Shown here piece after piece: positions 10,244 through 18,587 of a DNA stretch of 64,000 nucleotides. Position numbers and translations under genes: made by a program. The notes under the pieces are model-generated. The model did not search any database. It saw nothing but the letters and a program-made list of their open reading frames with translations, and was not told the origin of the DNA. The stretch comes from Candidatus Hydrothermales bacterium. Its GTDB lineage: Bacteria; Hydrothermota; Hydrothermia; Hydrothermales; JAJRUZ01. The stretch's first letter is position 1. Every line of letters starts with the position of its first letter. Location: contig JBCNUW010000007.1 in assembly GCA_039630575.1 (NCBI GenBank), positions 1 through 64,000 of the forward strand, written 5' to 3'.

Positions 10244-11475
10244 TAAAGTTTTCTCCCTTCTTTTTGAATTTTTTCAAGAAAATGTCCCATTTTCTCTTTC
10301 TTAATTTTTAAATACTCCTTATTGTTCTCATTAGGTTCAACCTCTATTGGAATTCTCTCTAATATCTCTATACCATAACCTTGTAAACCAACGATCTTCG
10401 AAGGATTATTGGTCAAAAGTCTTATTTTTTTAAGATTAAGATCAAGTAAAATTTGAGCACCAATACCATAATCTCTCAGATCAGGGGGAAAACCAATCGC
10501 TTCATTTGCTTCAACTGTATTTAAACCTTTTTCCTGAAGCTCATAAGTTTTCAATTTATTTAAAAGTCCTATTCCTCTCCCCTCCTGCCTCATATAAACG
10601 AGAACTCCCTCCCCTTCCTCTTTTATCATTTCTAAAGCTCTTTCTAACTGTTCACCACAATCACATCTGAGTGAGTGCAAAATATCACCAGTAATACATT
10701 GTGAATGAACCCTAACTAAAACATTATCTTTACCCTCAGGCTCTCCCATAAGTAACACGAGATGAACATCCTCTTCAACTATATCCTCATAGGCATATAA
10801 TCTAAAATTTCCAAACTTAGTGGGTAAAAATATATTTGATACTCTCTTTACTAGCCTTTCTCTTTTTAATCTGTATCTTATCAAATCTTCTATTGTGATA
10901 ATCTTTAGGTTAAATCTTTCAGCCAATTCAAAAAGCTTAGGTAATCTAGCCATTGTACCGTCATCATCCATTATTTCACAGAGCACTCCTGCCGGATATA
11001 AACCAGCTAGTCTTGCAAGGTCCACAGCTGCTTCAGTGTGTCCAGCTCTTCTTAAAACACCCGCATCCTGAGATCTTAAAACATGAACATGCCCAGGTAT
11101 AGCAAGATCTTCATGAACGGAATTGGGATCTATCGCTACTTTTATAGTTCTTGCCCTATCAAAAGCAGATGAACCTGTTGTTATACCCTTTCTTGCATCA
11201 ATTGGAGCAACAAAAGGAGTCCCCATCTTTGAGGTATTTATATGAGCAAAATCAGGTATCCTTAACTCCTCTATTCTTTTCTTTGTAAGAGAAAGACATA
11301 TCAAACCCCTGGCATAGGTTGCCATAAAGTTTATATGCTCGGGTGTTACTTTTTCAGCAGCAATAACCATATCACCTTCATTTTCCCTGTCCATATCATC
11401 GACAACTATCACTATTTTTCCTTCTCTTATATCCTCAAGTGCCTCTTCAATACTTGAGAATTTGTATTCCTTCAT
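10243..11475 (-). CDS. ribBA: Bifunctional DHBP synthase / GTP cyclohydrolase II
   Basis: DDMDRENEGD, RAGHTEAAVDL, RVHSQCITGD, RCDCG, QEGRGIGL. Strong SD AAGGAGG upstream. Confidence 0.97.
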   Translation of the reverse strand: MKEYKFSSIEEALEDIREGKIVIVVDDMDRENEGDMVIAAEKVTPEHINFMATYARGLICLSLTKKRIEELRIPDFAHINTSKMGTPFVAPIDARKGITTGSSAFDRARTIKVAIDPNSVHEDLAIPGHVHVLRSQDAGVLRRAGHTEAAVDLARLAGLYPAGVLCEIMDDDGTMARLPKLFELAERFNLKIITIEDLIRYRLKRERLVKRVSNIFLPTKFGNFRLYAYEDIVEEDVHLVLLMGEPEGKDNVLVRVHSQCITGDILHSLRCDCGEQLERALEMIKEEGEGVLVYMRQEGRGIGLLNKLKTYELQEKGLNTVEANEAIGFPPDLRDYGIGAQILLDLNLKKIRLLTNNPSKIVGLQGYGIEILERIPIEVEPNENNKEYLKIKKEKMGHFLEKIQKEGRKL

Positions 11476-11521
11476 TAATTCTTCCTCCTTTGGTCATTTT
11501 ATAAAATATATTATAAAAATT

Positions 11522-11556
11522 TTGTAAACCTCTTATCAATATCTTATAATCTTTAT
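11522..11556 (+). promoter_or_regulatory. Leaderless-type promoter
   Basis: TTGTAA 11522-27, 17 nt, TATAAT 11545-50, 6 nt, ATG 11557. Confidence 0.7.
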
Positions 11557-12687
11557 ATGGCACATGCTTATACGCCTGGATTAAAAGTATCTGAAAAAAC
11601 TTTAATTTTAAAAGAAAGGAGACTTCCCCTTAAAGGTCAAGTTATTGTTAAAAAGGGTGAATATGTTAAAGCTGAAGATGTTGTAGCAAGAACACTTTTA
11701 CCCGGTAACGTTCATCCACTCAATGTAGCTGGACTACTTGGAGTCTCGCCTACTGACCTCCCAAATTTGATGCTAAAAAAAGAAGGACAAGAAGTTAAAA
11801 AAGATGAAATCATTGCATTAAGTAAAGGCTTCTTTGGACTTTTTAAAACTGAAGTAAAATCTCCTGTTGATGGAAAAATAGAACAAATATCACTTGTTAC
11901 AGGTCAAGTTATAATAAGAGAACCTCCTATACCAGTTGAGGTAAAAGCTTACTTTGACGGTATTGTAGAAGAAATTATTCCTGAAGAAGGAGTAATCATG
12001 AAATCAACCGCCACATTCATTCAAGGTATCTTTGGAGTAGGTGGTGAAAAAATTGGAAAATTAAAAGTGCTTGTTGACTCACCTGATGAAGAACTAAAAC
12101 TTGATAAACTTGAAAAAATAAAGGAAAACTCCGAAAGTTTAATTGTCGTAGGTGGAAGTTTTGTAACCGCAGAAGTTCTAAAAAAGCTTGAAGAATTTAA
12201 TGTAGTAGGGTGCGTTGTCGGTGGAATGGATGATGAAAACTTAAGGAAATTTCTTGGATATGACATAGGAGTTGCAATTACCGGATCAGAACCACTTAAG
12301 ATAACCCTAATTCTAACTGAAGGATTTGGTAAACTTGAAATGGCAAGAAGAACTTTCGAGCTTCTTAAAAAAAGAGAAGGAGAAAAATGCTCGATAAATG
12401 GAGCTACACAAATAAGGGCAGGTGTTATAAGACCAGAAATAATTATACCCTATAAGGAAATTCAAGAAGTAAAGGAAGAAGATTCCCTAAAGGAGGGTCT
12501 TATAGAAGGAACAATAGTTAGAATAATTAGGGATCCATATTTTGGTGAAATTGGAAAAGTGGTAGCTCTTCCTCCGGAACTTAGAGTTATCAATACAGAG
12601 TCTAAAGTTAGAATTTTAGAAATAGAACTTAAAGATGGTAAACGAGTAATTGTTCCAAGAGCAAATGTAGAGATAATTGAAGCATAA
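11557..12687 (+). CDS. Conserved hypothetical protein with barrel-sandwich-hybrid (biotinyl/lipoyl-like) segments and a C-terminal KOW/SH3-like domain
   Basis: VKKGEYVKAEDVVA and KKEGQEVKKDEIIA...VKSPVDGKI hybrid-motif patterns. C-terminal GTIVRIIRDPYFGEIGKV is KOW-like. Confidence 0.8.
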   Translation: MAHAYTPGLKVSEKTLILKERRLPLKGQVIVKKGEYVKAEDVVARTLLPGNVHPLNVAGLLGVSPTDLPNLMLKKEGQEVKKDEIIALSKGFFGLFKTEVKSPVDGKIEQISLVTGQVIIREPPIPVEVKAYFDGIVEEIIPEEGVIMKSTATFIQGIFGVGGEKIGKLKVLVDSPDEELKLDKLEKIKENSESLIVVGGSFVTAEVLKKLEEFNVVGCVVGGMDDENLRKFLGYDIGVAITGSEPLKITLILTEGFGKLEMARRTFELLKKREGEKCSINGATQIRAGVIRPEIIIPYKEIQEVKEEDSLKEGLIEGTIVRIIRDPYFGEIGKVVALPPELRVINTESKVRILEIELKDGKRVIVPRANVEIIEA

Positions 12688-12689
12688 AA

Positions 12690-13316
12690 ATGCTTGAAAA
12701 TAGCTATGAAAAGGAATTTTTAGAAGGAGAGGTAATTTTTAGTGAGGGTGAAAAAGGAGATGAAATATATCTAATAAAAAAAGGTAAAGTAAGAATTTTT
12801 AAAAGATTTGAAGAAAGTGAAAAAACTTTGGCAATATTGAAAGAAGGTGACATCTTCGGTGAGATTGCTCCATTGGATGGTAAACCGAGAAGTGCTACAG
12901 CTGTGGCCTTAGAAAATACAGTAGTAGAAGTTTTAGATAAGGAAAGTATTTTAAACATAATAAACTCACATCCCATCGTTAAGTATCTTATAAATACACT
13001 GGCGGAAAGATTAAGAAAAGCAGATGAGCAAATAAAACTTTTAACCATAAAGCATGAAGAACAAAGATTTTTAACATATCTATTAATCAGATATAGAGAA
13101 GGGCAAAAAAAGGAAATTGATTTAAATGAAATAGAGTATTTTACAGGTATTGAAAATGATCAATTGCAAAGTTACATAAAGGATCTAGAAAGCAGAGGAC
13201 TTATTTCTTTTAAAGATAATAAACTTTATATCTTAAAAGAGGAAGAAATTGAAGAGTACAGAAAATATATCTTTTTAAAAGAAAAATTTGAAAGAAACAG
13301 GAAAGAAAGAACGTGA
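12690..13316 (+). CDS. Crp/Fnr family cNMP-binding regulator
   Basis: [27 protein letters not shown]...PRSATAVA, and a C-terminal winged-helix-like region. Confidence 0.9.
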   Translation: MLENSYEKEFLEGEVIFSEGEKGDEIYLIKKGKVRIFKRFEESEKTLAILKEGDIFGEIAPLDGKPRSATAVALENTVVEVLDKESILNIINSHPIVKYLINTLAERLRKADEQIKLLTIKHEEQRFLTYLLIRYREGQKKEIDLNEIEYFTGIENDQLQSYIKDLESRGLISFKDNKLYILKEEEIEEYRKYIFLKEKFERNRKERT

Positions 13317-14365
13317 AGGAGAATCTATTAGAAATTATAAAGAAAAAAGAAGAAATTGAAAGAGAACTTTCAAAACTTGAAAATATTAAAGATAAAAGGA
13401 AACTTACTGAGTTAAAAAAAGAGTATAAAAAGATAAAGGAAAAAGCTGAAATTGCTGAAAAAATTTTCATTTTAGAGAAAGAAATCGAAGAAATTGAAAG
13501 TATGATAAAAAATGAAAAGGATGATGAAATGAAAAAATACTTAGAAGAAGAGAAAGAAAAAAAATTAGGTGAAAAAAAAGAGCTTCTATTTTTATTTTTA
13601 AATACAGAAAGTAACGGTAAAGGAAATAACTGTATACTTGAAATAAGAGCAGGAGCAGGAGGAGAGGAAGCAGCACTTTTTGCTAGAGATCTTCTTAGAA
13701 TGTATATAAAATTTTGCGAAAGAAAGGGTTTTAAATGCTCTATCACAGACATAAGAGAAAGTGATTTAGGAGGCGTGAAGGAGGCAGTGTTGTTAATAGA
13801 AGGAAAAGGAGCTTATAAGATGCTTAAATATGAAAGTGGTGTCCATAGAGTCCAAAGAATTCCTGTTACAGAAGCAAGTGGTAGAATACATACTTCAACA
13901 GCATCAATTGCTGTTTTACCTGAAGTTGAGGATGTTGAAATAGAAATAAAACCTGAAGATATTGAAATAGAAACAAAGAGAGCAAGTGGTCCTGGAGGCC
14001 AACATTTACAAAAAACGGACTCAGCAGTAAGGATAAAACATATACCAACGGGAATTGTTGTACAATGTCAAGATGAGCGGTCCCAACATAGAAATAAAGA
14101 AAAGGCATTAAGAATTCTCAAATTAAAACTCTATGAATATGAAAGACAAAAAAAGGAAAAGGAAATAAGAGAATTAAGAAGAGAACAAATCGGAACCCAA
14201 GATAGAAGTGAAAAGATAAGAACGTACAACTTTTTGCAGAATAGAGTTACTGATCACAGGATACCACTTACTATATATAACCTTGAAGATGTTTTAGATG
14301 GAAACATAGATACTTTTATTGAGGAGCTTAGTAAAAAGGAAATAAAAGAATCATTGGAGTATTGA
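13313..14365 (+). CDS. prfA: Peptide chain release factor 1
   Basis: [26 protein letters not shown] (PxT motif of RF1), [13 protein letters not shown]. Confidence 0.97.
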   Translation: MKENLLEIIKKKEEIERELSKLENIKDKRKLTELKKEYKKIKEKAEIAEKIFILEKEIEEIESMIKNEKDDEMKKYLEEEKEKKLGEKKELLFLFLNTESNGKGNNCILEIRAGAGGEEAALFARDLLRMYIKFCERKGFKCSITDIRESDLGGVKEAVLLIEGKGAYKMLKYESGVHRVQRIPVTEASGRIHTSTASIAVLPEVEDVEIEIKPEDIEIETKRASGPGGQHLQKTDSAVRIKHIPTGIVVQCQDERSQHRNKEKALRILKLKLYEYERQKKEKEIRELRREQIGTQDRSEKIRTYNFLQNRVTDHRIPLTIYNLEDVLDGNIDTFIEELSKKEIKESLEY

Positions 14366-14398
14366 ATCTGTTTAAAAAATAAATTAAAATATAAAAAG

Positions 14399-14470
14399 GG
14401 CGGCGTGGCCGAGTGGCATAGGCAGCGGTTTGCAAAACCGCTTACCTCGGTTCAATTCCGGGCGCCGCCT
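14399..14470 (+). tRNA. tRNA-Cys(GCA), CCA not encoded
   Basis: Acceptor stem GGCGGCG/CGCCGCC with discriminator T, anticodon arm GCGGT-TTGCAAA-ACCGC, T arm CTCGG-TTCAATT-CCGGG. Confidence 0.97.
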
Positions 14471-14483
14471 TTTTACATTCCCC

Positions 14484-15785
14484 TTGAAAGATCTCGATAT
14501 CCTCCTTAAAAATCCTCTTATTATACAAAATAAAGAAAAATTCATTGATAAAGGATTTCTTGGAATAAAAAATGGCCTTATAACTTTAGTCTCTGAAAAA
14601 GAACCAAACTTAAATGCTAAAGAAATTGTAGATTTAAGTAATAAAATTGTATCTCCCGGATTTTTCAATACCCACACCCATATCCCGATGACCCTTTTAA
14701 GAGGTTTTGCCGATGATTTACCACTAATGGAATGGCTCACAAAATACATATGGCCCCTTGAATCAAAACTACTCTCACCAGAATATGTAAAAGCAGGAAC
14801 TTATATTGGGCTAATCGAAATGATTAAATCAGGAACAATTGGCTTTGCTGACATGTACTTTTTTGAAGAAGAAGTAGCAGAAATTGTAGAGGAAACACAA
14901 ATTTATGCTCTCTTATCTGTAGGAATACTTGACTTTGAAACACCTTACTATAAAAATTCAAAGGAAGCAATTAAAAAAACAGAGAAATTAATAGAAAAAT
15001 ATATCAAAAATGAAAGAATAAAAGTAATTCCTGGACCCCATGCAATTTACTCATGCTCTAAGGAAACAATAATTGAGTGTGTAAATCTTGCAAAAAAATA
15101 CAACCTACCAATACATACCCATATTTCAGAAACAAAGGGAGAATTAGAGGAAGCCATCAAAAAATTTGGGAAAACACCAGTTTTTTACCTCAAGGATTTA
15201 GGTCTATTCGATTTAAAAGTAATCGCAGCCCACTGTGTATATCTAACAGAAGATGAAATGAACCTCCTGAAAGATAAAGAATTTTATGTATCTCACAACA
15301 TATCAAGTAATCTTAAACTTGCCTCTGGGATTGCACCTATAAAAAAATACATTGAAAAAGGATTAAAAATAACTATTGGGACAGACAGTGCATCCTCAAA
15401 TAACAATTTAGATATTTTAAGAGAAATGAAACTTGTATCTTTAATACATAAGGGAATAAATCTTGATCCCTTAATACTAAGCGCAAGAGAAGTTTTTAAT
15501 ATGGCAACAAAAATGGGAGCTTTAGCTTTGGGTTTTGAATCAGGTGAACTTCTTGAGGGAAAACCAGCTGATCTTGTTATATTCAACCCCCAAAAGGAAG
15601 GAACAATTCCCTTTTATGACCCCTATTCTTATATTGTCTATGCTGCTGGTAAAGAAAGTATTGAAAGTGTTATGGTAAATGGAAAATGGATAATGAAAAA
15701 CGGTGAATTTAAAACGATTGATACAGAAAAAATATTTGAAGAAACTTTTTACTGGAAAAATAAAATAAAAAATTTATTTACCTAA
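14484..15785 (+). CDS. mtaD: Amidohydrolase, 5-methylthioadenosine/S-adenosylhomocysteine deaminase-like
   Basis: PGFFNTHTH, RGFADDLPLMEWL, GPHAIY, HISET, AHCV, SNLKLASG, GTDSASSNN. The ORF-track start (14430) lies inside the tRNA; the first in-frame start after the tRNA is TTG 14484. Confidence 0.85.
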   Translation: MKDLDILLKNPLIIQNKEKFIDKGFLGIKNGLITLVSEKEPNLNAKEIVDLSNKIVSPGFFNTHTHIPMTLLRGFADDLPLMEWLTKYIWPLESKLLSPEYVKAGTYIGLIEMIKSGTIGFADMYFFEEEVAEIVEETQIYALLSVGILDFETPYYKNSKEAIKKTEKLIEKYIKNERIKVIPGPHAIYSCSKETIIECVNLAKKYNLPIHTHISETKGELEEAIKKFGKTPVFYLKDLGLFDLKVIAAHCVYLTEDEMNLLKDKEFYVSHNISSNLKLASGIAPIKKYIEKGLKITIGTDSASSNNNLDILREMKLVSLIHKGINLDPLILSAREVFNMATKMGALALGFESGELLEGKPADLVIFNPQKEGTIPFYDPYSYIVYAAGKESIESVMVNGKWIMKNGEFKTIDTEKIFEETFYWKNKIKNLFT

Positions 15786-16728
15786 AAAATCTTTGAATTT
15801 TTAGTTTATTTAAATACTTAATTATTTTATCCTTTCTATACCATCGACTCCTGTTAAGGAAAAACTCAGCTTCCTTTAGTAACTCTTTTGCCTTTTCTCT
15901 ATTTTTGTTTAAAACATAATAACACTCAGATAAATAGAGACGTACAATACCCTTGTTGTAATCTGAATTTTGATTGTCTACTATTGGTAAAAGTTTTAGA
16001 TAAATTTCCTCTGCCTTTTGAAAATATCCGCTTCTTCTATAAGCATTCCCTAATGCAAAAAGGGTTCGGCGAGTCTCCCCGAACTCCTTATAAAACTTTT
16101 CAGCCCACTTTATTGCACTATCTCTCATCTTTTCCCTTAAAAGAATCTCTATCAAGGCGTCGTAGGAATTAGCCTTCATAAAAATACCTTTTGATATTGA
16201 ATACTTTATCTCTCCTATACCTTGTTCCCTCCTATCACCCTTTATAAAAGTTTTCCCAACATACTTCTGTAAAATACTCGCTCCATAATTGTAAATACCT
16301 AAAGCAAGATAAGCATCAGGATATCTCTTAAACTTTTTAATTATGTTATAAGCTTTAAAACCATTTGTTAAAGCTTCAAGATAATTCTCTTTTATCCCCT
16401 CAAACATTGCGGAATAAGCAATCAAAACTCCTTTTAAAAACTCTATATCTTTAGAATTATCTTTAACTCTATCGCAAAGATAAATTCCCTTCTCTATGCT
16501 TTCAAGAAACTTTTCCTCAGAGTCTGGTTCATAAAAATCAAGAAAATAATCAAAATACCTTACAGTTTTTATAGTATACAAAAGAGGATGGTCCTTATAT
16601 TTAGAAAAATAATTCCTTTCAAGCTCTATGACCTCCTTATAGTTTTCTTTCCATAAAGAGTTTAAATAAAATTCTATCTTTTGCCTTTCTTTCTCTAAAA
16701 TTACTAAGAATAAAAAAATTGTTGCCAT
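15778..16728 (-). CDS. TPR-containing exported protein
   Basis: DAYLALGIYNY and LFALGNAYRRSGYFQKAEEIY TPR-like helices; short hydrophobic N-terminus. Confidence 0.75.
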   Translation of the reverse strand: MATIFLFLVILEKERQKIEFYLNSLWKENYKEVIELERNYFSKYKDHPLLYTIKTVRYFDYFLDFYEPDSEEKFLESIEKGIYLCDRVKDNSKDIEFLKGVLIAYSAMFEGIKENYLEALTNGFKAYNIIKKFKRYPDAYLALGIYNYGASILQKYVGKTFIKGDRREQGIGEIKYSISKGIFMKANSYDALIEILLREKMRDSAIKWAEKFYKEFGETRRTLFALGNAYRRSGYFQKAEEIYLKLLPIVDNQNSDYNKGIVRLYLSECYYVLNKNREKAKELLKEAEFFLNRSRWYRKDKIIKYLNKLKIQRFFR

Positions 16729-17282
16729 TAAATCCTTGGAAGAACTATACCTTTCTGTTCTTGATACTTTCCTTTTCTATCTTTATATGAAACCATACAA
16801 ACTTCATCTCCCTCAATAAATATAACCTGTGCTATACCCTCATTTGCGTATATCTTAGCAGGAAGTGGTGTAGTATTAGAAATTTCGATTGTTATATAAC
16901 CTTCCCACTCAGGTTCAAGAGGCGTTATATTTATAACTATTCCACATCTTGCATAGGTAGATTTACCGAGACATATACCAAGCACATTCCTTGGAATTCT
17001 AAAATACTCAACACTTTTTCCAAGAGCAAAAGAATTCGGTGGAATAATACACTCCTCACCCTTAAATTCCACAAAAGATCTTAGATCAAAATTTTTCGGA
17101 TCAACTAAAGTAGAAAAAACATTCGTAAAAATCTTAAATTCATCAGCAATCCTCACATCATAACCATAAGAAGAAACTCCGTATGATATAACATTCTCTG
17201 TAACAAGACTCTCAGCAAAAGGTTCAATCATCTTAAACTCTTTTGCCATCTTTTTTATCCACTTGTCGTTTTTGATACCCAT
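16728..17282 (-). CDS. dcd: dCTP deaminase
   Basis: [39 protein letters not shown]. Confidence 0.97.
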   Translation of the reverse strand: MGIKNDKWIKKMAKEFKMIEPFAESLVTENVISYGVSSYGYDVRIADEFKIFTNVFSTLVDPKNFDLRSFVEFKGEECIIPPNSFALGKSVEYFRIPRNVLGICLGKSTYARCGIVINITPLEPEWEGYITIEISNTTPLPAKIYANEGIAQVIFIEGDEVCMVSYKDRKGKYQEQKGIVLPRI

Positions 17283-17295
17283 ATTTTTTTATTTT

Positions 17296-17340
17296 TAATA
17301 AAAATGGGGAAGAAGGATCTACTCTTAACCCCTCTTCCCC
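17296..17340 (-). terminator. Rho-independent terminator after the outer-membrane protein gene
   Basis: Minus strand GGGGAAGAGGG...CCTTCTTCCCC followed by ATTTTTATT. Confidence 0.75.
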
Positions 17341-17362
17341 AACTTTAAATAAAAGCTTTAGT

Positions 17363-18487
17363 TTAAAAAGAATATAAAATACTTATTATGGTAAAGAAAT
17401 CACTCTGATTTCCTGTTACAAAATAAGGACCATTATAGAAAATTTCAGGTGAAACTTCTGCATCAATTCTTAAATTCCCTCTTTTATAAGCTAAACCAAG
17501 TGAAACTGGAAGCAATCCTTGAGATGTCTCTGTAGTTTTACTTCTTTGATCCAAATATTCCTCCTTAGTAGTTAAAATAATGGCTTTTCTTGTTGATAGT
17601 CTTAATATGAACCATTTGCCGAGATCTGCTTCGAGACCTAAAACTGAATTTATTGAAAATTCACCCTCTTTTCCAAAATCTCCAAAATTATCTAAAAGAT
17701 TTAAGACTTGAATACCTAAAATTAAACTTAAAACATCTACAGGTTGAATGTTAAAACCAGAGTTTAAAGTAAAACTCGAAAACTTAAGAGTAGTATCTAC
17801 AGTGTTACCACCAACTCTTCTTTGAATTGATCTATCCGATGCTTGAAAATGAAATCCAATAACAAAACTTGTATACTCTGAAAGGGATCTTAAGTATCTC
17901 ACATCAAAGGATATATCTTGTGTTCCCTTTGCCTTTACTGTGTCCACAGGTTGCTGAAATTTGCGATCAAATGTTCTATTTCTAAAATTAAAAGCAACAT
18001 CAACAAAATGAGATTCTGAAAAACTAAAAGTAAACCCTGGATTAAATAAAAAAATTCTCGCATCTTCTTTATTTTTATAATCAGCAACCGTATCCTCTTC
18101 ACTCATACTATAATTAGAAAAACCAACATTAAATCCAAGCGAAAACTTCTCTCCAAAATACTTTCCATAAGAAAACATTAAACCTCTTATTGTCTTATTA
18201 ATATAACTGTAAACTGGGATATTTAAATAAGCTCCAAAAACTCCGAGAGAATGATTTTCTCCAATACCAAAATAACCTTTTAAATAAGAATTGTCTGTTC
18301 CTAAAGTTCCAATATCAAAGGCTTCAAGAACAAACAGGCTCGGAAAAGATAAAATCTGGGAAGGATAAGTTAAAGCTAAAAGATCATCTTTTATAAAATC
18401 AACAACTCCTCCCATAGTTCTAACTCTTGTCTCTGTTGCAATCAGAGGGCTCAATAGAAAGAATAGATTGATCACTATTTTCCTCAT
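17363..18487 (-). CDS. Outer-membrane beta-barrel protein (putative major porin)
   Basis: Normal signal peptide, alternating amphipathic strands and C-terminal Y-x-F. Strong SD and its own terminator. Confidence 0.75.
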   Translation of the reverse strand: MRKIVINLFFLLSPLIATETRVRTMGGVVDFIKDDLLALTYPSQILSFPSLFVLEAFDIGTLGTDNSYLKGYFGIGENHSLGVFGAYLNIPVYSYINKTIRGLMFSYGKYFGEKFSLGFNVGFSNYSMSEEDTVADYKNKEDARIFLFNPGFTFSFSESHFVDVAFNFRNRTFDRKFQQPVDTVKAKGTQDISFDVRYLRSLSEYTSFVIGFHFQASDRSIQRRVGGNTVDTTLKFSSFTLNSGFNIQPVDVLSLILGIQVLNLLDNFGDFGKEGEFSINSVLGLEADLGKWFILRLSTRKAIILTTKEEYLDQRSKTTETSQGLLPVSLGLAYKRGNLRIDAEVSPEIFYNGPYFVTGNQSDFFTIISILYSF

Positions 18488-18513
18488 ATTATTCCTCCTT
18501 TTAAATAATATTG

Positions 18514-18587
18514 TGGCCCCGGGTGGACTTGAACCACCGACCTTACGCTTATCAGGCGTATGCTCTAACCACCTGAGCTACGGGGCC
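18514..18587 (-). tRNA. tRNA-Ile(GAT), CCA not encoded
   Basis: GGCCCCGTAGCTCAGGTGGTTAGAGCATACGCCTGATAAGCGTAAGGTCGGTGGTTCAAGTCCACCCGGGGCCA forms a complete cloverleaf with loop CTGATAA. Confidence 0.97.

Noticed and set aside
11476..11556. FMN riboswitch upstream of ribBA
   Set aside because: The intergenic region is only about 80 nt, AT-rich, and has no RFN motifs.
12283..12293. Near-match to the T-loop motif (GGTTCTGATCC, minus strand)
   Set aside because: It lacks the A58-equivalent, is antisense inside a CDS, and is not near a start codon.
13210..13752. Long antisense ORFs (e.g. 13210-13752, 29946-30473, 35051-35557 and similar short ones)
   Set aside because: F/S/L/I-rich mirror translations of Lys/Glu-rich genes on the opposite strand, with no family motifs.
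14430..14483. ORF-track N-terminal extension of the deaminase
   Set aside because: It lies within tRNA-Cys.
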